Shown: positions 24,301 through 38,052 of the stretch, one piece after another | How positions within the stretch are numbered: position 1 is the first letter of the stretch | Layout of the letters: the number at the start of each line of letters is the position of its first letter | Source: Cladosporium halotolerans | Taxonomy: Eukaryota | Assembly: GCF_011745625.1 (NCBI RefSeq) | Contig: NW_027191467.1 | Location: 124,001-188,000, forward strand | Direction of reading: 5' to 3' | Length of the DNA stretch: 64,000 nucleotides | Translations under genes and position numbers: made by a program | Notes under the pieces: model-generated | The model's database searches: none | What the model was told of the DNA's origin: nothing | What the model saw: only the letters and a program-made list of their open reading frames with translations

Positions 24301-27300
24301 GCATCGCTCGTACGTCGCTGCGCTTTTCGGATCTTCGTAGGGTTTGATCGTTTTTGCATCGTGCAGGACAAATCGCAGGCTAGGCTTGGCCGGCGCGCAA
24401 TTCACGCATTGTAAGGATTCAAAATCGAGCGTCCGCCACTGCGAACAGGGCAGCTGCCTTCTCATCGATTCGAGAGCGTACGCGTACTTCGTGAAGAATG
24501 CGACGTCCTTGGCATCCACATCCTGGCAACCCATGCTTTTATGTGCAGCACCATGGTTATCAGAGCTAAGGTCGCATCTGAGAACCAACTCAGCCTCTCT
24601 GCAGTGACCTTGGTGAGTTGAAGAATTCGACGATACTGGGATAGAGATCTGGACTTGTGGATCGATTGAATGAAGTCGAAGGTCATCAGCAAAGCCCCAA
24701 TTTCCAGCAAGTGTGATCTTTGGACTCGAGAAAATTTTGCCAGTGGCCGATGGCGTCCAAGCCGGTTCAACAGAAGCGATAACGGGTCTCTGATCAGTGT
24801 GGTCGAGACGCTCGTGTTCAGTTGAGAAAACAAAGCTGTCGAACTTCGGGTCTCCGGTGCGGCTTGGGTTCAGAAAAAGATAGATCTGATGGTCTTCTTC
24901 ACTACCCAGCCTCTTTGTACAAGCTATCACCGGCGGTACCGCACTGCGGGAGTGCTTGGTAAGAGCCGCTCAGGTTGTAGCCGACTTTGTCATGAACCTC
25001 TGTGGGGCATTTGACGTTGAGAACGCTCCACACCTTTTGATCCCGGTAATCAGGTAGCTCAATCCTAGCAAGCCAAGAAGTAATGCGCTGACCGTCGCCT
25101 TCTATTGCCAGTTTGAAGCTCTCTGCCGTATGATTGCGAATTTTCCACTCGATGCCATCAAATAGCGTAGTGGAGCATCTCCCGACAGCAATAGGCTGTT
25201 CGAGAATCGCTCTTATCTTGCTGTTCACCGGCAGGCTGTCATCCGGCAATGCGAACACTTGCCAGTACGCTTGCTCATCGCCGAGTACAAGCTCAAGCCG
25301 AGCCGAAGGTGCTCGAAAGATAGCCCTCCATAAATGCGTTCTCCTCAATTGCGAGAAGCGGAACGTGCTGCTCAGGGCTTCTCTCGCAGCGTCTGCATAG
25401 CTGCCCTCGCCTGAAACGCATGAGACCGTGGAGTCGCTATTGAATGACAGACATAGGGGCAAGATCGATCGAAGACGTTGCTCAAATTCGACGGGACTAC
25501 CCCGTGGGGAGGGGCATAGTTGGTAGTTGTGTGCCGGGTTGCCGCCACAAGATACGCATGTCGAATGGCCGCATTCTTGACATTTTTGGATGGGCTTCTG
25601 AGACAATCCGTTGGTACTCTCACACAGACAGCGTCGCGCTGACATGGCAGCGCAGGTCATGAGACCAGCTGAAGGAATGTCGTTATTCATCTCGGGAGTG
25701 TGGACGGGTTCGGTCAACGTCTCGGTAATCGCGGTTCTTGTGGTGCCTGGGGTCGCTCTATCATTGGTCGCATAAGAGCCTTGTCCCTTAAGGACAGTTT
25801 GTCCGCACATGATCGCGGCAAGAATCGCAGAGCCCACAGAAGTGGTTGACATGGCGTTGCCTGCTAAGCTTTGAATTTCGGGCCCGGTCTCTGTCGTGAA
25901 CGAAATCTTGTTCAGTGGTAGACCTTGCAGTCCCAATAGCTCTTCTGAGCTCAGGGAACGACCAGCGTCAGACGCAAAGAACATGCCACTAGGCGTTACA
26001 CACGGGGCTATGCCGAAGTGTGTGTTGTCCTCGAAAACGTCAATATTCTGAGAAACATCCCAGACTCTTGTTTTGTGCCGAACATCGAAAATTGTCGCTT
26101 TCCGGAGCAATGAGATATCCATATGGTCCCGGACACGCTCCACCTGCTTGCGGTACCATGACGGGATGCCATTCTCCGGTATGTTCATGGTTCCACTCTC
26201 AGACCAAAAGGTCAGAGGTCTGGCATTTCCTAGGCGATGTTTTTGGCGATACTGGATGTGGCGAAGCTCGCACTTTTCCCAATTGTACTCCCTCGTAAAA
26301 TCTTCCAAACTGTCGTGGTTTTGAGTACGAACCTTGTCATTAGGAAGCATGAAATCTGTCACAGGACTACTGGCATAGCGCCGAAAATCTGCCATGGTCG
26401 ATTGCCATTTAGCGCCCATTCCCTTCGTGGAAGACGCATCCGCTGCTTTGGATTTGTCAAAGCATACTAGGTACCCACGTCGGCGAGTGTGAGGGAGGTA
26501 GAAGTCCTTTGTATCCAAGATAACTCCGCCAACTTCGTAGCCTATGTCGCGATAGCATTCGATCATCATGTCCCAAGGGCTGCTGACGACATTCTCAATA
26601 ATCACAACTGCGGGACGAAACGCTTTCACATAGGATAGTACGCCAAACCACGTACTGCTGGATTCGCCACCCTCATCTTGATCCAGAGACTTCCGCGAGT
26701 TGTTCAGCTTAGAGAAATCGACGCAAGACGTTCCTGCAATCAGGATGTGTACGTTTCCCGGAATGGGCAGTTTTGCTCCGTATACAGTCGTCGCTGTTGG
26801 GACCTCATTGTTGACGGCTTCAGTGATCTCGCTGATGTCACGGAAGATGATTGGCGGGTTGAAGTTGCGTTCGATATAAGCCTGCTTGTACGGCACGATC
26901 TCTGCTGAGAACAAATGATCAATTTTAAGCTCAGGGGCACCTGCTGATTGCAGAGCATCCTGAACCATTTCCAGTGCCAGTAGTGGACTCTCCGTGCCAG
27001 AGCACATGGTCGCAACACGTAGTGGCTGAGGGAATGAAGCCAGAGCTTCCCTCAGGCCCATGGTCAGAGCTTGAGCCGTGATGTCCCTGAAGATACAATT
27101 GATATCGGAAAGTGGAGGGAGACTGGTGTCCAGCCCTTTGGGTTTCCCCTTCCCACGCTTGTATATCTTCGACATGCCTTCCGCGGTGGCTTTTCCTGTC
27201 TTTTTCCCAGTCTTGCTAAGACCACGTGGTCCTGAGGCGCTCGGCTTCGTGACAGATGACGATTTGGCTCCTTTGACCTTGGCGTTTTTCATCATGATGG

Positions 27301-28117
27301 CAAGTCCGTTTGTCATGCTCAAATGGACGTCTTCGGCGTCACTTTCGGAAGAATCTGACCCGTCTGCACTGGCATGGTCTGATCTTTCATCTTCTCCTTC
27401 TCCTTGCGAGTGGCCTTCGAAGTCCGACTCATCGGGGGGCGATTGTCTGGCGACCCGCTGCCGTCTGTGAGTTGACTTTGGCGGCTCAAACTCCATTTCT
27501 GAGTCGTTCAATGGGTCCACATAACAGGTTTGCTGCGCAGCAGACCGTCTAGGGCGTCGGCTTGTGTGAGATGCTGCGCAATGCAATACGGCTTCGTACT
27601 CGTCCGGTTTAGGGACCACGTGTTTGACGCCGGGACTGTGCGACCAACTTTTGTGTCCATCCCCGCGCCTATCATTCCCATCTCTTCTCTTGAGTGCACT
27701 CGGGACAGCACACTCGGCTTTCGAACCTTTTTTGTTGGCTTGTGTTCGAGGAGCTGAATAGAAGAAGTCCGAAATGAACCCACGTTCCGGATTTTGCTTG
27801 CGCGTTCGCGGACCTTCGACGATGAGCGGTCTCTCGTAGACTGGTTGTTGTCTCAGCTCAGTGAGGACTTGCGGGGACTCATGCTTGTTGGTGAATGAGC
27901 GATGTTGTGTTGTGGCTTCGCCGGAAGCACCAGAGTCACATGGTATAAGCACGCATTCGAGCTTGCGTCGCTTTTTGCCCGGAGAGACTGGGAAAGGCTC
28001 CGGTTGCGACCATTTTCGTTTCGTGAAGTGCTTGCCGGACGACGGATGTGGGACGGAGATTTGGTCGGGATCGGAATCCAGCAACATCGATATATCTGCT
28101 GGAGGCATTTTATCCAA
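21313..28117 (-). CDS. DNMT5: DNMT5-type C5 cytosine DNA methyltransferase fused to SNF2 ATPase and RING; split by a 1-nt frameshift at 24914-24916
   Basis: MTase motifs ATMCSGTESP, IAGTSCVDFS, IIENV, YLPHTRRRGY, AGNAM. SNF2 motifs ADHPGFGKT, VDEFH, LSGTP, QAIGRVRRHGQ. RING CDGVDC..CGHRVCEEC..CRAGDC. The two ORFs (24902-28117 and 21313-24930) overlap in different frames. Confidence 0.9.
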
Positions 28118-28543
28118 GAGTGCGGCTACATGAGCCTGGATATGATTCTTGTGGAGTATTTTATGTCATTACGCAGCACTTGTTGGTTGCGTGGCCACAG
28201 AGCATCTGTTTCTTGCGGAAGTGTTCGGCCAGCGTGCGTTTGGGCGACGCGTTCGTGGACGCGACTGGAATTGCGAAAAGCTCCAAGGGCCGTTGCCGAA
28301 GATCAAACGCCGACGTCAGTGAAGGATATGCTGCACCCATCATCAGAGCAGGCATCGCAATTGAGGTGGGCAGGAGCAGGATGAGTTGCAACAGCTGAAC
28401 AAGAAGCGCCAAAAACTACTCGAACCTTTAACCAGGCGAACGCCATGGAAGAGCGCCGGCGCTTTTATAAATACCTTAGCATGGCATCCTCACTCCAGCA
28501 TGTGCCTGATTGCGAGAGACGTCATGTGAGCATCCTCATTGAA

Positions 28544-28620
28544 GTGATCAATGATGAGGTTACCAGCGGCAGATCATTGTAATGAATGGTTTTTCACTCA
28601 AGCACATGACAACTGAACAC
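28544..28620 (+). ncRNA. Candidate box C/D snoRNA
   Basis: Box C ATGATGA at 28551-28557, D'-like CAGA at 28570, box D CTGA at 28613-28616, terminal GTG/CAC stem. Preceded by TATAAATA (~28466) and a GTGAGC donor (28526). No target identified. Confidence 0.35.
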
Positions 28621-29294
28621 AGTGTTCAGTCATGGCTCAAGGTCTTGGACTGCAGGCACTAGAAACCGGATTATCTTTGCCGCAGACGTTTCCCAGGGTG
28701 TCTATTGCCCAGGGGCGATAAGAGATTGCTCAAACAGGTCCGCGTCGTTGCACAGTCATCGACTGCAAATGACTGAGCAGAAGGTAGCTGTGAAGAAAGA
28801 AAAACAGATTAGCATTTCGGCAATTGATGGGCGATGAATGGTCACAATTTCAGCCTTAGGCACTCAAGATGGCCCAGGCCCTCCAACTGTTGAGCCAAAT
28901 TCATGAGGTCGGCAAGTACCAGGCATCGATAGACAAGTGAGCCAAAGTTACCGGTGTTGTTCTTCTATAGACTGATACAGCAATATCTTCTCTTCCTCCC
29001 GTCCTGGTTTCCTTCACGCGGGGTCTTTTAAGCAGCTCGCACGCCAGAAAGATCAAGGGTAAGTGGAGGGCTTCAGCCGATGCAGGAGGACGAGACGTGG
29101 CTTGGTCGAAACTATCGACATTAATAATAGACGACCGTGCAGTTTTCCGGGGCATGGGGCATAGCGTTGTATGATTCTGCACTCTAGGCAAGGTCTCCAC
29201 GGCATTTAATACCTACACTCTGGCCCAATTTCTTGAGATTGGCTGACAGCTTGGCTTTCCAAGGGTTGAACCGCGTCGAACAAACTGAGCAACA

Positions 29295-30305
29295 ATGGCC
29301 GCCCACTATACCTTCGAGGGTTACTCAGGCACCTCGAATACGAGCAAATCCGACAACCCCTATGACGCTCTGATCGAAGCCAGCAACAATGACCCAGTGA
29401 GTTTTTCACGCAGAACCAATAGCCAAATCCCCTCTCACACCACCAGCACCAACTCCAAACCAGATACCAAACGCACCGAACGACCCGCAACGGCCAACAG
29501 AAAGCCAAACTCCTCGCCCCCGACTTTCCCGGCGTCACCGTCGACGAGATACTCAAGAACCTCGAAGACCCTGCCCAGCCAGACTACGAAGACTGGCGTA
29601 ACTGCCTCGTCCTCTGGGCCCGCCCGCCCACCGCAATCCGCTCCCTAATCCTCAAGATCCAAGAACGCCTCCTGAAGGCTGCGCCTAGTCAGTCCCTCCC
29701 ATCCCTCCCAACACCACCACCACCAGCCCACTAATCTAACCAAAACAGACCTCTGGCTCATGCCCCCCTCAAACCTCCACATGACCGCCCTCGAAATCAC
29801 GCACTCCCAAACTCCCTCCTCCATCCCCCCTCTCCTGTCGCAACTCCAACCCTTCCTCCCGGCCCTCGCCTCCTACACCCTCACGCACCGCGCGCGCCTC
29901 GTGAAACCAGCCCTCAGCTTCGACGCCCAAGCCCTCGCGCTCTCCTTCCTGCCCGCCGCCGGCGAGCCCGGCCGCATCAGCCCTGAAAACGAAAACGACG
30001 CGTACAGCTACCACCACCTGCGCCGCGACCTCTTCGCGCGCCTGCGCGAGGCTGGTGTCGAGGTGGGGAGCAGGTATGTGGTACCGTCGGCGCATTTGAC
30101 GGTTGGGAGGTTTGTGAGGGAGGGAGGGTTTGAGGTGGGGGAGTTGGTGGCGGCTGTGGAGGAAATTAATGGATGGTTGGAGAGGGAGGTTTGGGGTGCT
30201 GAGGGAGGGGAGTGGGTTGTGGGCGAGGAGAGGGGGTTGGATGTCAGGAGTGGGACGCTGTGGTATGGGGGAGGGAGAAGGGAGGTGATTGGGGAGGGGT
30301 TTTAG
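29295..30305 (+). CDS. 2H phosphoesterase (RNA ligase/cyclic phosphodiesterase-like) protein; 3 exons
   Basis: Introns 29397-29446 and 29688-29748. RNCLVLWARPP block and two HxT motifs (LHMTA, AHLTV). Confidence 0.85.
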
Positions 30306-30558
30306 GGGCCTTTGGCGATGGGGAGGAGCAATTGAGTGTTAGGGGAGATGAAGAGATCTGGAGATGGGACGTAGAATTGATATAGATGATAGATCGTTGG
30401 CACGAGATAGATGAGAGTGAAAAGGTTTGGGAGATATTCTGACATCAATGGTATTGCAATTCATAATATCAATACCCAAAGGCCGTGTAGCCAAACGAAT
30501 GTGATCGTCGTCAAAACTCATCATGTCTCTTCGTACACATCACGCGGCAACGCAGAAT

Positions 30559-31640
<1,082 letters not shown>

Positions 31641-31699
31641 TTATGATCTGCCATGGTTAGTCCTTCCGCTCTAAGGGAGCGATGGAAGGGGGAACAATG

Positions 31700-31938
31700 T
31701 GTGCACGATTCCTTTCGCAGGTATTATCCTGATCAAGTTGAGCCGTATAATCTCAGAACGACCTCTGCGGAGTCTGCGCCGAGCCTTCTCCCATGATCAC
31801 CGATCGCATTGGCAACGGCTGCCAGAGCGTGAGACCTTTGTCTCGCAGCCCCAGCAGCGTCCCGAGTCATGCTGAAGGTGTCACGGGGTGGAAGGCTGGT
31901 CACGAGCTTTGGCATGAGGTGAACACCGGCAGTGCACA
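31700..31938 (-). promoter_or_regulatory. TPP riboswitch aptamer inside the THI4 5'UTR intron, with long P3 insertion
   Basis: Minus strand reads TGTGCAC-TGCCGGTGTTCACCTC...GAGGTCGTT-CTGAGA-TTATACGGC-TCAACTTGATCAGGATAATACCTGCGAAAGGA-ATC-GTGCACA. P1, P2, P3, the J3/2 UGAGA and the P4/P5 consensus are all present. Confidence 0.95.
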
Positions 31939-34245
31939 TCAAATCCTTCATGACGAAGTACCTTGATCATGGTGGCTGGTCGAGCCAACTACCCGTCTGG
32001 AATCGAACCCATTGTCGATAACGGCGTACCGATTGGGTCTCCGTAGGATCGTCTGCAGAGAGTCAGCATGCGCTCACGTCATATTTCGTATGCGGAGAAG
32101 GAGTACGCTTGAAAGTTTGGTCGAGATATGGGATCTTCGTAATGGGTTTGAGGAAGGAATCGAGGCCGAGGGGACTTCGCCTGCGGATTAAATACTATGG
32201 TCACGGCCGGAAAAACATGAGCTCACACAGAAGAGCTTGCTCCCCACAGCGGGGAAGCTATCTGCACGCGAAGGAAGGTGGGCGTGGACGAGTTCGTTTC
32301 GATCCATCTGATTTGCTAGATAACAGTTGATGACACCAAGGCCCGCCATAAGTGACTAAGTCGAGGTCGTCATCCTGCGTTCTCGGTCCGATCGTTCAAG
32401 TTTGTACGCTTTAGAAGACTACGACGTGTTCATCCACAGTCAAAATATGAGGCTCTCCGCGTAGAAATTCGGTTTTGATCCTCTCAAGAATAAGGGAACA
32501 CGTCACAATTATTTTCCTTCTTCGGAGAAAGGACGCATTCAAGGATGATCGCTATGACAATATCTCACAGACCTCAAATTTTCGGATGGGCGATGGAAGA
32601 TGCTTCTGCTCTGCTTGTCGACGCGTGTGACGTCCGAGGAGTCGCGTTGGTAAAGCCGACATCGGAAGAGCGGCGAGCAGACGACAGCTTTCAAATTTCG
32701 CTCTGCGTGCTGGGCTGCAAGATAACCCAAGTCATCACGCCGGCCGAAATGTCACAGGCGATGCTATTGCACGTCGTCAATCATATGAGCGGTCAACCGC
32801 CTGTCGGTCTGCAACTCCGCTCGGGACCAGCAATGCACTGCCGATTATATAGACCTCAGTCTTATGCCGCGCTGGACGTTTGGGCGCGGATCAGAAGAAG
32901 GATCCTCCCGCTGGTCGAGCCAGAAGCCGAACCATGTTCGTACCGTCGGAGCACGCAAATCCGCAAGCCCTCTAGCCGGAACTAACTTGTAATGCCCGGA
33001 TGAGGCATGTGAAAGTGAGCATCAGGATCACATGAATGCACAGCGCTGGTTTCAAATTGACGGGCACAACTGCCATCGGGAGAGTGATGCCCCGAGCGAC
33101 GCACCAACCTCGCCTGGATGACTCGTGGGACATTCGCACTCGCAGCTGTGAGGCTGATCGTTGGTGCAGAGCCTTGCTCGGTCTCGCCTGGCCACATATA
33201 CGGCCTGTGGCTACATGTAGGATAAGCACACCAGTTCCCGGACAGCGGCTCTCTGCATCCGAGAATACGATAATGCAACGGTGGAGCGTAAATGTCCGAC
33301 CGGATTGGCCAGCCGTGAAGATAGCTGCAAAGGCGAAGGCAGTGGTGGTCTCGCGGGCGGTGCTAGTTGGTGCGATCCGCCCGAGAAAAAAATAAAGTGA
33401 GCGCCAGCCACCAGCGAGGCGCAAAGTAGATCCTCTCGGCGGGCGCTCTCGACCGTCGTCTCGGGCTCGCATGTGGCCGCGGCTGTGCTGACCTGACCTG
33501 GCCTGACCTGAGTACCCAGGTATTGCCTGACTGCTCGTTTTGGTTCTTAGTAGACTGGTGGGCTTCTCTTCTCCACCATACCGGACTACTCTTAGACATA
33601 GCCGAAAGCTACTTGATGCGCACGTGCGCAGCCAGCCGGCGTCTGGGCGGCGGGTCGCGGGCAAGTCGTGAGACACGAAGTGACGGTGATTACTCTTTGG
33701 CTGGATGGCTGCAAGGCCGTATGGGCGACCGCCAGGCGACGGGGCAAGGGGTGTTGCTGACGGACAGCCGCGGCTGCGCGCTGGTATCTCGGCATTGTGC
33801 CTCATGCAGCACTCTGCAGTCCGGGAGTATGTAATAATAAGTAGTCGCGCAGGCTCGGCAGTGCCGTATGCAAATGGTGGCCCGCCCAGCGCTTCCCCAT
33901 CATCCGAACCTCTATTGTGGCTGGACCCACTCGTTAGCACGCTTTATGTCGTCAGGACAAGACGTTCACCTGCCTGACACTCAGCCCAGCAGCACAAGTC
34001 AGACCTGCCGTTTGATAGAAACGGCAGCGTGATGGCCCATACTAGGTAGTCACTACCCTGCACTCGCTGCATGTCTGTCCTATTCCTGCTCCCACAGTCC
34101 TCAATTCCATCCGTCACATCTCGCCTAGCGTTGATGCCACCACATGCCACCGTCGTCTCAGGCCACTCCTCTCTCTGTCTCCGCCGCCGTCGTCGTTGTC
34201 TCCCGCAGCCGCCCTGCCGCGACAACACTCTGTCCGCCTTAAGCC

Positions 34246-35367
34246 ATGTCCAGCACGCAGTACCTCCAGGTGCCCAAAATACTACCGCATAGGAAGTCCC
34301 GCTCACGCTCCAAGTCACGGCCACGTGAGGTCGTGCCCGTCGACGAGGTCGTCTATCCTTCTGTCAAAGACCGACGGCGCCTGCATTCACCGCCCATGCC
34401 AGCGGCTGAGCCGCGCATCAAACCCCAATCGAACGGCTACACCCACACATTCTCTCTCACAAACGGCCACGTCAACAGCCCATACACGAACGGAACCACG
34501 AAAGGCATCACATACCCCGCGACGAAACCCATAACACCACCCACGATCGAAACGAGCAACCACGAAGACTTGAACGGCGACATGTACACCCTGCGTGACT
34601 GCTCCACGCCCCCTCCCGAACCGCCCTTGCGCCAGAAAATCATCGGCGCCTGGAAACTCGAGTCCTACATCGCATACCCCACGCCCGAATCGCCCATACA
34701 GCGGCCCACCTTCCCGATGACCAAGAACGTGACGGGCTTCATAATGTACACGCCGGACGGCTACATGTCCGCGCAAATGCTGATCCCGGGCCAACAAAGC
34801 TTCAAGCGCGGCGAGGGCGAGGAGCCGCAGTGGGCGGAGGCGGGCAAGAGGTTCTTCGCGTACTGCGGGCCATACTACATCAGCAACGAGGGCAGCGGGC
34901 GCGAGGAGATCCTTCGCCACACGTTCCAGGTCTGCAACCTGCCCGGCTGGATCGGCGACGTCCAGGTGCGGACGCATCACTTCGAGGAGGACGGCCAGGT
35001 GCTTGTCCTCGGCAGCGAAGAGCCGACGGAGATCAAGGTGCGTTTTCTTTTTGTTTAGATCCCCCCGATACGGCTATGGGAAGCCGTTGAGAGATTTGGC
35101 GCTGCTTGCGCGGATATGTGGGACTCCCAGCCAGCCCAGCAACGGCTTTGTGGGCCTCAGGCGTGGGGGAGCAGCGCAACAAACAACGGCTTCCCATGGC
35201 GCAACACGACGCCTTGGAATGTTCAGCTTTAACAGCGAACTAACAAACCACAACAGGGCGACCGCCGCGTTCCCGTACTCAAATGGCGCCGAGCCCGCGA
35301 CAACACAAGCGGCACTCCGCCTGCGCCCATGCCGCAGATCAAAATCTCAGGGCCCGGCGAGCCGTGA
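34246..35367 (+). CDS. Lipocalin-like domain protein (Lipocalin_5 type); 2 exons, about 300 aa
   Basis: IIGAWKLESY, GFIMYTPDGYMSAQ, FAYCGPY, PGWIGDVQVR, LKWRR motifs. Intron 35038-35256 (GTGCGT..ACTAAC..CAG), phase 0. Confidence 0.88.
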
Positions 35368-35454
35368 CTAGGCCGGCGGCCCTCTCGACGCGCCGGCCGC
35401 TCGAGGTCGCGATCAAGGTCTAGCCTGAGAGGCCGCTCGCCGCATCGCAGGTGA
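35365..35454 (+). other. Putative stop-codon readthrough element (TGA CTAG plus hairpin) and RS-rich extension
   Basis: TGA-CTAG at 35365-35371; GGCCGGCG/CGCCGGCC stem at 35371-35398; in-frame LGRRPSRRAGRSRSRSRSSLRGRSPHRR ending at TGA 35452-35454. Confidence 0.65.
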
Positions 35455-35980
35455 AAGGAAGGGAAAATGAGCAGGCGGGATTTTGTCTCACGGCTCACAC
35501 ATCTCTTTTGCCCAACACATTAGCCCGGGTAATGCGCGGGACGAAACTACTGGCCGGTTTGCCATACACGAACACTACTACGTCCGAGAGTCCACCGCAG
35601 GCAGGGCCTCGCGGGACAGACGAACGCTCCGTCAATCTCGTGCTCCAATCGAGTCGAGTACGGCGATGAGCCATTTCGGGTGACCCGGAAAGGGCGCCCT
35701 CTTTTTACACGCGAAATATACCACAACATAGCGGGGCGTTTTTTTTTTTGGTTTTTGCTTTGCTTGCTTTATCTCTGTCGTTTGCCATATTCCCCAGCTG
35801 GCTACGAGTTTAGGCAGGCTTCTGTACGATACGCAACATCGCGACGAATTGGAACACGGAATCCGAATTGGAGGAGGGGATCACTGCAGGCACCTCGCAG
35901 AGAAGGAAGCCATGTGGCCGGGACTTCACAGGAGGAGGAGATAAGGTACATACTCACTTTACCGATCCATCCCATTCCCA

Positions 35981-37543
35981 TCAAACCCGCCAAACACACA
36001 TCAGCCTATCGTAAAAGCTCGTGCTCACCACCGTCCTCCCTTCCCCCTCCCCTCCCTGCCCCTCGCCCTCTTTTCTGCAAGGCTGCACATCACTCCCGTA
36101 GTTCATACTCGCATGCTCCTCGAACCTGGCAAGAACACTGAACTCCCACTCCGACTCGGGCGCCGACCGCTGGAGCCGCACGAGCCGCGAGCCGGCGTGC
36201 ATGCAGCTTGCTAGGAGGGTGTAGGAGTCGGCGAGGGGCCTGTGTGTGTCAGCGGAATGATCGGGTCGATGTTGCTTTCGTTGGGGGTAATGTTGGGCCG
36301 CGTGGGGGGGGTTGGTGCAACGCGAGAATTAAGGAAGCATAGTGGTTGCGGGTCGGCTCCGAGAATGAGTGTTGGGTTGGGTTGAGTTCGATCTGCCGGG
36401 CTCAGGTCTGCGATGATAATGCGTTCTGCGCGTCAGACGCAGCGTCGGGTTGCAGGGCAGGGCTGCAGGGGTGAGGTTTGCTTTCTCGCGTGCGAGCGCG
36501 TGGCGAGGCGCTCCGGTACCGTACCAGGGCGCTGTGGCGGGCTGACTGCTTGCTTGCTTGCTTTGACGGGGACGAAAACGAAGTACGAGAACACCAGCCA
36601 AAGAAAATTCTACACGTACCTGTCGTTGCCGACGGCGCTACCGTCATTCAGCATCCTGAGCCTCCACACGCCGCCGCCAAGGTGCAGTTCGGCGAGCACC
36701 TGCCTGCGCCCGACGGGCGGCGCCGCCAGCAGCCGGATGTGGTCGTCGTAGCTGCCGGTGACAAGCAAATCGTTGGCGAGCGGGAGGATGGAGGTTACGC
36801 CTGCTTGGTGGGTTTTGCGGTCGGTCCAGAGGGGGTTGGAGGGCGTGTCGGTGTCGGAAGGGGAGAGCTGAGTTGCTTGGAGGACGGCGTCGTCGCCGCC
36901 GGAGAAGATCAGGGAGGCGTCAGGGGAGAAGGCGAGGGTCCAGGGTTCGAGAGTGTGGGTTGCTATCTCGGTTGTGGTGGTTTTGCTGGAGGAGTGCCAG
37001 GGCTGGGAAGTGGTTGTGCTTTGGCAGATAGAGACGGCGCCGTCGGAGAGGGTCACTGCTATCGTGTCTGGTTGGTTTGGGTGCCAGAGCAAGTCCAGGA
37101 CGAGAGTGCTGGGGTCAGTGATTTGATGATTACTTGTGTGCTTTAATTCTCCGGCCTGTGCGTCGATTGTGAAGAATTCCAGCGATCCAGTAGATGTTGC
37201 CACGCATAGCAAGTCTCCGAGCTCGGCAACATGAGGCGTCCATTCGAGGTCCAGTATTGCTGAGTCGAGCTCTACCGTTTGGATATGTGTGCTGCAATCG
37301 CTATAAGTAAGCTGTATAATCGTCTCCACTGAAATGCGTTCCTACCTACAATTCTGTGTCCTCGAGCTTGTAAAGAATCAAAGTGCCGGTACGCTTCTGG
37401 GGTTCGTCGCTCGATTCCTGCCCTTCATTGTTGCGGTGGAGAAAGTATGTGCCAACGACATAGTACTCGGAATGGGACGGACAAAATGCCACTGCGCTCG
37501 GAGGAATGTCCAGTATTGTCGATTTTGCGGATGAAATCTCCAT
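35981..37543 (-). CDS. DPH7: Diphthine methyl ester demethylase (WD40; Dph7/Rrt2)
   Basis: LDIPPS..YYVVGTY, ILDLEW, HTLEPWTLAF, FSGGDD, HQAGVTSI, TGSYDD, LGGGVWRL, ASCMHAG, HASMNYGSD, STSFYDR motifs. Introns 37292-37349 and 36240-36619. Confidence 0.9.
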
Positions 37544-38052
37544 GATGAGTCTTCCAATTCGGTTCTGCGCCTAGGAATGTTTCGGAAAGAACTGTTATAC
37601 TGAGATAAGAAAGAATGTAACAATGATGTCTCTGTGTAGCTTGCGTGAAGTCTCAGACGAATGATATTGTTTGATGAAGCTGACGATGGTGTCTTGAAGT
37701 TCGGCGTTCCTCGAAGTTTTTCGCTTCGGTCAGCAGAACGGCTTCAACGATCAAGCGAACGCATTGCACCGGGAAACTCTACAGACTGGCACATATTTGT
37801 ATGCATGAATCCAGCGAAGCCACTGAAAATACTGTCACGAGGACAGAAAGTCTCACAAAACGAATTACTGTAAACATTCAAACGTTCAAGAGGCTACTCT
37901 CTGCGACTACGATTATTCTACCTTACTTGGGGATATCACTTGCATTCCACGCATCATTGTCTCGTTGCCAATCATCGGTGACTTACACTGCAGCCAAACA
38001 CCAACCCGCCCTGTAAAACTCCACAAACACAGTTTCCACCCCATCCTCCAAT

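Noticed and set aside
32972..33940. 322-aa ORF and CTGAC pentamer repeats near 33488
   Set aside because: No coding-like composition or domain; probably promoter or 5'UTR sequence between THI4 and the lipocalin-like gene.
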